Assembly (NCBI GenBank): GCA_051885115.1
Contig: JBJEWP010000024.1
Span: 12,002 to 76,001, forward strand
Length of the DNA: 64,000 nucleotides
Source: Stenotrophomonas sp.
GTDB lineage: Bacteria > Pseudomonadota > Gammaproteobacteria > Xanthomonadales > Xanthomonadaceae
Direction: 5' to 3'
Position numbers and translations under genes: made by a program
Notes under the pieces: model-generated
Told to the model about the DNA's origin: nothing
Database searches by the model: none
Seen by the model: only the letters and a program-made list of their open reading frames with translations
Shown here: piece after piece, positions 1 through 9,851 of the stretch
Layout: the number at the start of each line of letters is the position of its first letter
Numbering within the stretch: position 1 is the stretch's first letter

Positions 1-1
1 G

Positions 2-280
2 CAGGCGCCGGCACTGCCAGTGGTGCAGAACGTGGATGCCACCGTGCATGAAGGCACCGCCGCGATCACCGAAGCGCTGGTCAAGCAGCTTTACCTGCCG
101 GTGCAGTGGACTGGCTGCGTGCAGACCCTGGCGGCGCAGGGCATCAGCGCCGTGGCCGAGTGTGGCCCGGGCAAGGTGCTGACCGGCCTGATCAAGCGGA
201 TCGACAAGACAATGGATGGCCGCGCGCTGGGCTCGCTGGCTGATTTCGATGCGGCCCTGACACAGTGGTCGCGTGGTTGA
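2..280 (+). CDS. fabD: Malonyl-CoA:ACP transacylase, C-terminal part (truncated by window start)
   Basis: PVVQNVDA...LVKQLYLPVQW...ECGPGKVLTGL C-terminal motifs; directly upstream of fabG. Confidence 0.9.
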   Translation, partial: QAPALPVVQNVDATVHEGTAAITEALVKQLYLPVQWTGCVQTLAAQGISAVAECGPGKVLTGLIKRIDKTMDGRALGSLADFDAALTQWSRG

Positions 281-336
281 TGACACCGGCGTGCGCTTTG
301 GCGCCGCGGTATGGATCAAGTGTGAGGATGGATTGA

Positions 337-1080
<744 letters not shown>

Positions 1081-1227
1081 CCGAAAGGTTATGTCAATTG
1101 TTTCAACTGATTGATTCAAGTGGTTTTTTTTGGTGACACTTGTCCCGGAAGTTTCCACTACACTATCCAACGGCCACCATCAGCGGTGGCGTCTTTTGAA
1201 CCACAACTCCATCTGGAGCGATACCCA

Positions 1228-1467
1228 ATGAGCACCATCGAAGAGCGCGTCAAGAAAATCGTCATCGAACAGCTTGGCGTCAAGGAAGAAGAAGTCACCA
1301 CCACTGCATCGTTCGTCGATGACCTGGGTGCCGACTCGCTGGACACCGTTGAGCTGGTGATGGCACTGGAAGAAGAGTTCGAGTGCGAAATCCCGGACGA
1401 AGAAGCTGAAAAGATCGGCACCGTCCAGGCTGCCATCGACTACGTCAAGGCGCACGTCAAGGCCTGA
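1228..1467 (+). CDS. acpP: Acyl carrier protein
   Basis: [11 protein letters not shown]...[11 protein letters not shown] phosphopantetheine site; GGAG RBS upstream of ATG 1228. Confidence 0.98.
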   Translation: MSTIEERVKKIVIEQLGVKEEEVTTTASFVDDLGADSLDTVELVMALEEEFECEIPDEEAEKIGTVQAAIDYVKAHVKA

Positions 1468-1520
1468 TCGCGGTCGCCACTTGGTGGCTGGCATCAAGCC
1501 GGTCATCAAGGCGTACCAAG

Positions 1521-1547
1521 AAGGGTCGCATAGCGACCCTTTTTTTT
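1521..1547 (+). terminator. Intrinsic terminator after acpP
   Basis: AAGGGTCGC-ATA-GCGACCCTT hairpin followed by a T run. Confidence 0.85.
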
Positions 1548-1592
1548 ACTCAAGTGTCACCACCGGCCTTGCGCTGGGCAGGAGAAAACAAC

Positions 1593-2825
<1,233 letters not shown>

Positions 2826-2851
2826 GCCCGGTTGCCTCAGCGGTTGCCCGA

Positions 2852-2879
2852 GGAGCCGGCCGCATGGCCGGTTCCTTGT
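2852..2879 (+). terminator. Probable terminator after fabF
   Basis: GGAGCCGGCC-GCAT-GGCCGGTTCC hairpin with a short T tail. Confidence 0.55.
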
Positions 2880-2947
2880 ATCTGCAGGGCGGTACGCAGG
2901 CCGGCGCGGTATCCTGTAACACCTGAGTGAACCCTGCGGAGACCTGG

Positions 2948-4012
2948 ATGGCCCCGACCAAGCGCGGATGCCTGCGTACTGTGCTGTTGCTTGTACTGAT
3001 CGTCGGGCTGTTGTGTGCCGGGGTGATCGGCTGGGCCTGGCAGGCGCAACGCGACTTTGCCGACCAGCCCCTGCATCCGCAGGCCGAACGGGTGGTGATC
3101 GAGCGCGGCGACAGTTTCAGCCGGGTGCTGGGCAAGCTGCGTGCGGCCGGTATCGACAATGGCCTTGACCAGCAATGGCAGCTGCTGGCACGCCAACTCG
3201 ATGCTGCCGGCAAGCTCAAGGTCGGCGAGTACGACCTGACCGCCCCGTTGACCGTGTCCGAGCTGCTGCAGCGTATGCGCGACGGCAAGGTGGTGCAGCA
3301 CCGGCTGACGATCGTGGAAGGCTGGAACTTCCGCCAGCTGCGCAATGCACTGGCGCGGGCTACCCCATTGGAGCAGCAGACCGTGGACCTGGATGATGCC
3401 GCCGTGATGGCTGCACTCGGCCATGAAGGCCAACATCCGGAAGGCCGCTTCCTGCCGGAAACCTACGTCTACCAGCGCGGTGACAGTGACCTGGATGTGC
3501 TCAAGCGCGCCTATGCGGCGATGTCCCGGGCGCTGGACCAGGCCTGGCAGGGCCGGGCCGAGGGCCTGCCGCTGAACAGCCCCTACGAGCTGCTCACCCT
3601 GGCCTCGATCATCGAGAAGGAAACCGGGCTGGCCGCCGAGCGCCCGCAGATTGCCGGGGTGTTCACGCGCCGCTTGAAGATGGGGATGCGCCTGCAGACC
3701 GACCCCACCGTGATCTACGGACTGGGTTCGGCCTATGACGGCAACATCCGCAAGGCCGACCTGACCACCGACACCCCCTACAACACCTATACCCGTGCCG
3801 GCCTGACCCCGTCGCCGATCGCCATGCCCGGAGTTGCCGCGCTGCAGGCGGCGGCCCATCCGGCCGACGGCGATGCGCTGTATTTCGTGGCCATCGGCGA
3901 TGGCAGTGGCGGCCATGTGTTCTCCGCCACCTATGCCCAGCACCAGGCTGCGGTGGCCGGCTACCTGCAGCGCCTGCGCCAGGCGCGTCAACAAACGGCT
4001 TTGCAACAATGA
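2948..4012 (+). CDS. mltG: Endolytic transglycosylase MltG (YceG family)
   Basis: N-terminal TM, EGRFLPETY, LASIIEKE (catalytic Glu), LQTDPT, SPIAMPG; start 2948 (GGAG RBS) or GTG 2927. Confidence 0.95.
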   Translation: MAPTKRGCLRTVLLLVLIVGLLCAGVIGWAWQAQRDFADQPLHPQAERVVIERGDSFSRVLGKLRAAGIDNGLDQQWQLLARQLDAAGKLKVGEYDLTAPLTVSELLQRMRDGKVVQHRLTIVEGWNFRQLRNALARATPLEQQTVDLDDAAVMAALGHEGQHPEGRFLPETYVYQRGDSDLDVLKRAYAAMSRALDQAWQGRAEGLPLNSPYELLTLASIIEKETGLAAERPQIAGVFTRRLKMGMRLQTDPTVIYGLGSAYDGNIRKADLTTDTPYNTYTRAGLTPSPIAMPGVAALQAAAHPADGDALYFVAIGDGSGGHVFSATYAQHQAAVAGYLQRLRQARQQTALQQ

Positions 4013-4671
4013 ATGATGTACTTCCCCGCCGGCCCCGCTTGATCACCCTGGAAGGCGGCGAGGGCGCCGGCAAGAGTACCGCCCTGGCCACCGTGCGGGA
4101 TTGCCTGCTGGCCGCCGGCGGTCAACTGGTGGTCAGCCGCGAACCTGGCGGTACCCCGCTGGCCGAACAGCTGCGGGCGATGGTGCTGCATGCCAGCCGC
4201 CAGGACGATGCCGACGAGCGCCTGCACCCGGCGGCCGAGCTGCTGATGGTGTTTGCTGCCCGCGCCCAGCATGTGGCCGAGGTGATCGAGCCGGCACTGG
4301 TCAGGGGTGACTGGGTGCTGTGCGACCGTTTCACCGATTCCAGCTTTGCCTACCAGGGCGGCGGGCGAGGCCTGGACATGGCCTGGCTGGCCGAGCTGGA
4401 GCGTCGCGTGGTCGGCTTCGTGCCCGGCCTGACCCTGTGGCTGGATGTGCCGGTGGCCATTGGCCGCGCCCGCGTCCAGGGCCGGGGTGGGGTGCCGGAT
4501 GCGATCGAGCGCGAACACGATGACTTCTTCGAGCGCGTGCACGCCGGTTTTGCCGCGCGCATGGCGGCCGATCCGCAGCGCTTTGTGCGTATCGATGCGG
4601 CTGCACCACTGGCAAGCATGGTGGCGCAGATCAAGCAGGCGGTGACCGCCTACCTGGCCCAGGTGCGCTGA
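4009..4671 (+). CDS. tmk: Thymidylate kinase
   Basis: ITLEGGEGAGKST P-loop, REPGG, DRFTDSSFAYQG. Confidence 0.96.
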   Translation: MNDVLPRRPRLITLEGGEGAGKSTALATVRDCLLAAGGQLVVSREPGGTPLAEQLRAMVLHASRQDDADERLHPAAELLMVFAARAQHVAEVIEPALVRGDWVLCDRFTDSSFAYQGGGRGLDMAWLAELERRVVGFVPGLTLWLDVPVAIGRARVQGRGGVPDAIEREHDDFFERVHAGFAARMAADPQRFVRIDAAAPLASMVAQIKQAVTAYLAQVR

Positions 4672-5627
4672 TGGACGCACTGGCACCGTGGCAGCAGCGC
4701 CTGTATGAGCAGTTGATCGCCAGCCAACAGGCCGGCCGGCTCGGGCATGGCCTGCTGTTTGCCGGCCCGGCCGGCATTGGCAAGCGTGTGGTGGCCTTGC
4801 GTCTGGCCCGCCACCTGCTGTGCCAGGGCGAGCCTGCGCTGGCCGCGCGCAGTGCCCACCTGATCGATGCCGGCACCCACCCGGACCTGCAGCTGGTGTC
4901 CTTCATTCCCAACAAGAGCGGGGACAAGCTGCGTACCGAAATCGTGATCGAGCAGATCCGTCAGGTCAGCCAGCAGCTGGCCCTGACCCCGCAATACGGT
5001 CAGGCCCAGGTGGTGATCATCGACCCGGCCGAGGCGATCAACACCGCAGCGGCCAATGCCCTGCTCAAGACCCTGGAAGAACCGGCGCCGGGGCGCTATG
5101 TGCTGCTGCTGGCCAATGAGCCAGCGCGGCTGCCGGCAACCATCCGCAGCCGCTGCCAGAAGCTGGAACTGCGCCTGCCGCCAGGCGATGAAGCGCTGGC
5201 CTGGCTGGTTGCCCAGGGCCATCCGGCAGAGGTGGCCGCCGCCGCCCTGCAGGCGGCACGGGGGCATCCCGGCCTGGCTGCACAATGGCTGGCAGGCGAG
5301 GGCTGGGCCCTGCGTGGCGAGGTGGCAGGTGAGCTGGAACAACTGGCTGCCGGGCGGCAATCGGCAGCGGCGCTGGCCGTGCGCTGGAGCGCCGATGCCC
5401 AGCTGGCCCTGCGCCTGCGTCATGCCGCCGACCTGGCACTGGAGCAGGCGCGCAGCTGCAGCTTGACCATGCCGGCGCGATTGCCCAAGCTGGCCGCTTG
5501 GTTTGATGCCGCCAATGCCACCGCGAACCTGTTGCACACGACTGTACGCGCGGACCTGGCCTTGGTTGAATTGCTGATGGGGTGGCCGGCTGCCGTGGCC
5601 GGGTTGCCCAAGGGGACAAGACAATGA
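4671..5627 (+). CDS. holB: DNA polymerase III delta' subunit
   Basis: HGLLFAGPAGIGK, HPDL, AANALLKTLEEP, TIRSRC; follows tmk. Confidence 0.95.
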   Translation: MDALAPWQQRLYEQLIASQQAGRLGHGLLFAGPAGIGKRVVALRLARHLLCQGEPALAARSAHLIDAGTHPDLQLVSFIPNKSGDKLRTEIVIEQIRQVSQQLALTPQYGQAQVVIIDPAEAINTAAANALLKTLEEPAPGRYVLLLANEPARLPATIRSRCQKLELRLPPGDEALAWLVAQGHPAEVAAAALQAARGHPGLAAQWLAGEGWALRGEVAGELEQLAAGRQSAAALAVRWSADAQLALRLRHAADLALEQARSCSLTMPARLPKLAAWFDAANATANLLHTTVRADLALVELLMGWPAAVAGLPKGTRQ

Positions 5628-5977
5628 GTGCTCTCAATGCGCGTCAGGGCATCCTGTCGCTGGTGGTCAAGGACAAGCCGTCGCTGTACAGCGCCTACAT
5701 GCCGTTCGTGAAGAACGGCGGGGTGTTCGTGCCCACGCCCAAGCGCTACTTCCTCGGTGACGAGGTATTTGTCCTGCTGACTTTGCCCGACTCGGCCGAG
5801 CGTCTGCCGGTGGCCGGCAAGGTGGTCTGGACCACGCCGATGGGCGCCCAGGGCAACCGCGCCGCGGGCATCGGTGTGCAGCTGGCTGATGGCCCGGAAG
5901 GCGAGGCCATCCGCAACAAGATAGAGACCCTGTTGGCCGGCACGCTGACTGCTGACAAGCCGACGCAGACTATGTGA
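5624..5977 (+). CDS. pilZ: Type IV pilus assembly protein PilZ
   Basis: 117 aa, LYSAYMPFVKNGGVFVPT...GDEVFVLL...GIGVQ; canonical holB-pilZ order. Confidence 0.95.
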   Translation: MSALNARQGILSLVVKDKPSLYSAYMPFVKNGGVFVPTPKRYFLGDEVFVLLTLPDSAERLPVAGKVVWTTPMGAQGNRAAGIGVQLADGPEGEAIRNKIETLLAGTLTADKPTQTM

Positions 5978-5997
5978 GATTTTTTTTCACAAAAGTG

Positions 5998-6025
5998 TTG
6001 ACCTGCACGGATTACCCTCTATAAT
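5998..6025 (+). promoter_or_regulatory. Sigma-70 promoter of tRNA-Val
   Basis: TTGACC-N16-TATAAT with an A/T-rich upstream tract, 16 nt before the tRNA. Confidence 0.85.
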
Positions 6026-6041
6026 TTCCATATCGCGACAC

Positions 6042-6116
6042 GGGCGGTTAGCTCAGCGGTAGAGCATTGCCTTCACACGGCAAGGGTCACAAGTTCGAAC
6101 CTTGTACCGCCCACCA
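6042..6116 (+). tRNA. tRNA-Val (anticodon CAC)
   Basis: Acceptor GGGCGGT/ACCGCCC, D stem GCTC/GAGC, anticodon stem TTGCC/GGCAA with loop TT-CAC-AC, T arm ACAAG-TTCGAAC-CTTGT, encoded CCA. Confidence 0.98.
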
Positions 6117-6125
6117 CGCGAAACG

Positions 6126-6155
6126 AAAAAAGCCACTGGGTACAGTGGCTTTTTT
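6126..6155 (+). terminator. Intrinsic terminator after tRNA-Val
   Basis: AAAAAGCCACTG-GGTA-CAGTGGCTTTTTTT. Confidence 0.9.
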
Positions 6156-6348
6156 GTTGCCCGGAATTTGCCATGGTTCCCGCCGGGGGGGGCGGGTGCA
6201 GTTGAACTGCAGGGCGACCTGGTGATGCGGGTGGCGTCGATGATCCACTTGCCTTTGCCCTTCTCGCCACACAGGCACCCGTGCTGGCAGGATGCGGGAT
6301 CTTTTTTTGTTCGCGGTGGCACTGGGCATGGCGAGGTGGATCAAACCG

Positions 6349-7353
6349 ATGGGCAAGTCGGCGGCAACGCTGGCATTGCTGGGGGCGGCAATCTGGGGGG
6401 CGGGAGTCATCCATTTCCATGCCGGTGGCTGGCTGTACGCTGCCGGGCTGCTGTTGTGGGGCGGGCTGGCACTGGCGCTGCTGGTGCTGCTCTGGCGTGG
6501 CGGGCGGGCAAGGGTCTGGGTCGGCGCTGCCTTTGTGCTGGGTCTGCTTGGCCTGGGGCTGTTCTTCAGCAGCCTGCAACCGGCGCAGGACCGGCAGTGG
6601 GCCGATGATGTGGCCCGTCGGCTGCAGGTACGCAGCTTCGATGGCCGCCATGTGGTGCTGGACAACGTGCGCAACTTCAGCTGGCGCAGCCAGACCGATT
6701 ACGACATCGTCTGGGAGCAGCGCCGCTATGACCTGGACCAGCTGCAAAGTGCCGACGTGCTGTTGTCCTACTGGATGGGCCCGGCCATTGCCCACACCCT
6801 GGTGTCCTTCGGTTTCACCGACGGCCGCCAGCTGGTGTTCTCGCTGGAGATCCGCAAGGAGCACGATGAGTCCTTCGATGCCCTGGCCGGTTTCTTCCGT
6901 CGCTATGAGGTGACCCTGGTCGCGGCCGACGAGCGCGACATCATTGCCACCCGCACCAATGCCCGTGGCGAGGATGTCTACCTGTACCGGGTGGCGGCCC
7001 TGCGCGGGCAGGCCTTGCGCCAGTTGTTCGTGGCCTACCTGGAGCAGGCGCGGGCGCTGGATCGGGCGCCGGCCTTTTACAATACCTTGACCAGCAACTG
7101 CACCACGATCGTCTGGCAGCTGGCCCGCCAGGTCAGCCCGCAGTTGCCGCTGGACTGGCGTTTGCTGGCCTCCGGCTATTTTGATGACTATCTGCAGCAG
7201 CTCGGGGCCCTGCCGGCAGGGGTGGCCCCGGAGCAGTTGAAACAGCGTGGGCGGATCACCGAGCGTGCGCGTGCCGACGGCGGCAGCGTGCAGTTCTCGC
7301 AGCGTATCCGTCAGGGCGTACCAGGAATCGGGCAGGGGGCGGTGGATGAATAA
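6349..7353 (+). CDS. DUF4105 (Lnb N-terminal-like) membrane protein
   Basis: Three N-terminal TMs, DNVRNFSW, IAHTLVSFGF, SLEIRKE, FYNTLTSNCTT; start 6349 chosen for the GAGGTGG RBS (6328 and 6292 possible). Confidence 0.8.
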   Translation: MGKSAATLALLGAAIWGAGVIHFHAGGWLYAAGLLLWGGLALALLVLLWRGGRARVWVGAAFVLGLLGLGLFFSSLQPAQDRQWADDVARRLQVRSFDGRHVVLDNVRNFSWRSQTDYDIVWEQRRYDLDQLQSADVLLSYWMGPAIAHTLVSFGFTDGRQLVFSLEIRKEHDESFDALAGFFRRYEVTLVAADERDIIATRTNARGEDVYLYRVAALRGQALRQLFVAYLEQARALDRAPAFYNTLTSNCTTIVWQLARQVSPQLPLDWRLLASGYFDDYLQQLGALPAGVAPEQLKQRGRITERARADGGSVQFSQRIRQGVPGIGQGAVDE

Positions 7354-9358
7354 GAGGCAGGATTGGCGGCTGTGGGGCCGCTTGCTGGTGGCGGCAGTGT
7401 TGCTGGGCATGGCCAGCGGCTGTGCGATGGTGAAGATGCGCGCGGTGAGCACGCCGGATTTCACCGCTGCCAAGCGCTCGGATGTGCTCAGCAGTGGCAA
7501 GCTGGGCCATGCCACCCAGGAGGCGTTGCAGGTGATCGGCCTGGACCCGGCCAGCTGCGGGCGGGCGCAGGCCGACTGCATTGCGCAGATGAGCCAGCGC
7601 CCCGGGGTGGGCAGCGAGGCGCGCCTGGCGGCCCTGGCCGAGTTGTGGACACAGGCGGCATTGCTGGCTTCCGAAGCCGAGCGCAAGGCAGGCAACACGC
7701 CGGGTGCTGCCGCTTCCCCGGCCGCCGGCGAGGCCTGGCTGGAGGCGGCCAGGCATGCCTATGCCTACCTGTTCTTCTCCGGGCGCAGCCCGGCCCAACG
7801 GGCGATGGAAGACCGCCAGCTACAGGTGCGTGACTACTACAACCACGCCGTCGAGCAGTTGACCGCCAGTCTGTTCGAGCGTGCACGCGAGCAGGCCAGT
7901 GCCGGTGGCAGCGGCACCCGTCTGCAGGTTGCCGAGCAGGGCTGGAAGATCACCGCCGATTACGCTGCACTGCAGTTGCAGAGCGTGCCCAAGGCGATGA
8001 TGGCCGCTTCCAGCATCAGTTTTGCCGGCCTGCGCAGTACCTACCGGCGTGATGGCTTCGGTGCCGAGCTGGTGGTGATGATGGAGCCCGAGCAGCTGGT
8101 CCTGCCGCTGGCCGCGAACGAGCAGGAAGAAGGCGGCCGGCGTACCCGGGACAACATCCCCGTCTTCAGTGAGATGCCGGCCATCAATGCCACCGCGGTG
8201 TTGCGTTTTGCCGGGGCCACCCTGGAGCAGGTGCTGGCGACGCGGGAGCTGAGCCTGGTGGTGTACCCGCCCGAACGTACCGCCAGCATCGAGATGGAAG
8301 GCAACCAGGTACCGCTGGCAGCCAATTACACCGCCGCCTACGGCCTGTGGCTGGCCAACTCGGGGTTTGCCGGTGAATCGCTGCGCACCCTGTTCGGGCG
8401 CAGCGAGGGCATCACCCAGCCGCATATCTACCTGATGCAGCCGTATGACCCGGACAAGCGGATCCTGTTCCTGCTGCATGGCCTGGCCAGCAGCCCGGAA
8501 GCCTGGGTCAACCTGGTCAACGAGGTCACCGGTGACCCGGTGCTGCGTGACAATTACCAGGTATGGTCGGTGTACTACCCGACCAACGCCCCGGTGGGCT
8601 TGAACCGCTACACCATCAGCCGGGCGCTCAACCGTACCCTGGCCCATTTCGACCCGCAGGGCAGTGCGGTGGCCAGCCGGGACATGGTGTTTATCGGCCA
8701 TTCGATGGGCGGAATCCTGGCCCGGCTGATGCTCAGCACGCCGGGTGACAGCCTGATGGACGCCATGATGAGTGACTTCCGGCTTGATGCGCAGCGACGT
8801 GAGCGGGTGGAGCGACGGTTGGGGCCGGTCCTGCGCTATCAGCCGCAGGCCAATGTTAGCCGGGCGATCTTCATCGCTGCCCCGCACCAGGGCACGGATA
8901 TCGCCGGCAACCGTTTGGGCCGCTTCATCGGCAAGCTGGTGCGCCTGCCGCTGACCATCCTGGGCGGCTTTGCCGATGTGGTGCAGTTGTTGGCAGACCC
9001 CAATGCGGTGGACGAGGAGCAGGCTGCAGAAAAGCCACGGGTGCCCAACAGCATCGACAACCTGAAGGCTTCCGACCCCTTCATCCGGGCGGCGGCACGC
9101 CTGCCGTTGCGGCCGGGCCTGCCGTATCACTCGATCATTGCCCGGCGTGACCCGGAGGTGCCCTTGGAGCAGTCCAATGATGGCCTGGTGCCGTACTGGA
9201 GTGCCCACCTGGACGGGGCGCAGTCGGAAAAGGTGATCAACTCCTGGCACAGCGTGCAGGAAACCCCGGAGGCGGTGCTGGAGGTGCGGCGGATCCTGCA
9301 CCAGGAGCTGGCCGCCGACGGCAACCTGCCTGGCGGCCTGCAGCCGGGCCAGCTGTAA
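7346..9358 (+). CDS. Lipoprotein alpha/beta hydrolase (esterase/lipase-like)
   Basis: Lipobox ASG-C, LLHGLASSP oxyanion region, GHSMGG nucleophile elbow, NDGLVP, SWHS; overlaps the DUF4105 stop. Confidence 0.8.
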   Translation: MNKRQDWRLWGRLLVAAVLLGMASGCAMVKMRAVSTPDFTAAKRSDVLSSGKLGHATQEALQVIGLDPASCGRAQADCIAQMSQRPGVGSEARLAALAELWTQAALLASEAERKAGNTPGAAASPAAGEAWLEAARHAYAYLFFSGRSPAQRAMEDRQLQVRDYYNHAVEQLTASLFERAREQASAGGSGTRLQVAEQGWKITADYAALQLQSVPKAMMAASSISFAGLRSTYRRDGFGAELVVMMEPEQLVLPLAANEQEEGGRRTRDNIPVFSEMPAINATAVLRFAGATLEQVLATRELSLVVYPPERTASIEMEGNQVPLAANYTAAYGLWLANSGFAGESLRTLFGRSEGITQPHIYLMQPYDPDKRILFLLHGLASSPEAWVNLVNEVTGDPVLRDNYQVWSVYYPTNAPVGLNRYTISRALNRTLAHFDPQGSAVASRDMVFIGHSMGGILARLMLSTPGDSLMDAMMSDFRLDAQRRERVERRLGPVLRYQPQANVSRAIFIAAPHQGTDIAGNRLGRFIGKLVRLPLTILGGFADVVQLLADPNAVDEEQAAEKPRVPNSIDNLKASDPFIRAAARLPLRPGLPYHSIIARRDPEVPLEQSNDGLVPYWSAHLDGAQSEKVINSWHSVQETPEAVLEVRRILHQELAADGNLPGGLQPGQL

Positions 9359-9364
9359 GACATG

Positions 9365-9391
9365 AAAAAGGCCGCGGCATTGACCGCGGCC
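9365..9391 (-). terminator. Terminator between convergent genes
   Basis: GGCCGCGG-N6-CCGCGGCC hairpin with a T5 tail on the minus strand. Confidence 0.7.
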
Positions 9392-9414
9392 ATGGAACCC
9401 GGGTGAGGCGGGGC

Positions 9415-9822
9415 TTACACCGCCGCTTCGATTTCCGGCATCGCCAGACGGGCCTTGGTCAGGGCCATGCCCAGGTTGGCGGTACGCCGGCAGACAAACA
9501 CCATCACGTAGCTGGGGTAACGCTTGCCACGCATGAACACGTGGATCAGGTTCTCGCTGTTGACGATGATTTCCTGGAAGTAGTGTGCGCCTTCGCCCTC
9601 GGGCAGGCCGCGCGAGCGGCGGAACAGCTGCTCGATGGTGCGCACGTTCGGGCCTTCATACAGGTCGGCGGTAGCTGCGGCGACCAGATCCAGCACTTCA
9701 CGCGGGTGCGAATCGACGGTACGCACGGACAGCAGCATGCCCGAGGAAATGTCGACATAGCCGGCGGCCAGGCATTCGGGGATGCTGCTGACGGATTTTT
9801 GGATGACCGAATCAAGTGACAT
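9415..9822 (-). CDS. Hypothetical 135-aa protein, possible Roadblock/LC7-like fold
   Basis: AGGAAGGA RBS; MSLDSVIQKSVSSIPECLAAGYVDISSGMLL; helix-beta-beta-helix-beta-beta-beta-helix pattern; fold is inferred. Confidence 0.7.
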   Translation of the reverse strand: MSLDSVIQKSVSSIPECLAAGYVDISSGMLLSVRTVDSHPREVLDLVAAATADLYEGPNVRTIEQLFRRSRGLPEGEGAHYFQEIIVNSENLIHVFMRGKRYPSYVMVFVCRRTANLGMALTKARLAMPEIEAAV

Positions 9823-9851
9823 GAGGTGTTCCTTCCTGTTGCGGGTGGGGG

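Noticed and set aside
1111-1227. Long N-terminal extensions in the ORF track (acpP, proC, yggS, pilT, mgtE, purM, amgK, M20, SPFH and others)
   Set aside because: Upstream in-frame alternative starts lack RBS support and extend beyond the family-typical N-termini; downstream ATG/GTG starts were used
5973-5991. TGTGA...TCACA as a CRP/Clp site at the tRNA promoter
   Set aside because: Spacer is 9 nt, not 6; the T tract fits an UP element better
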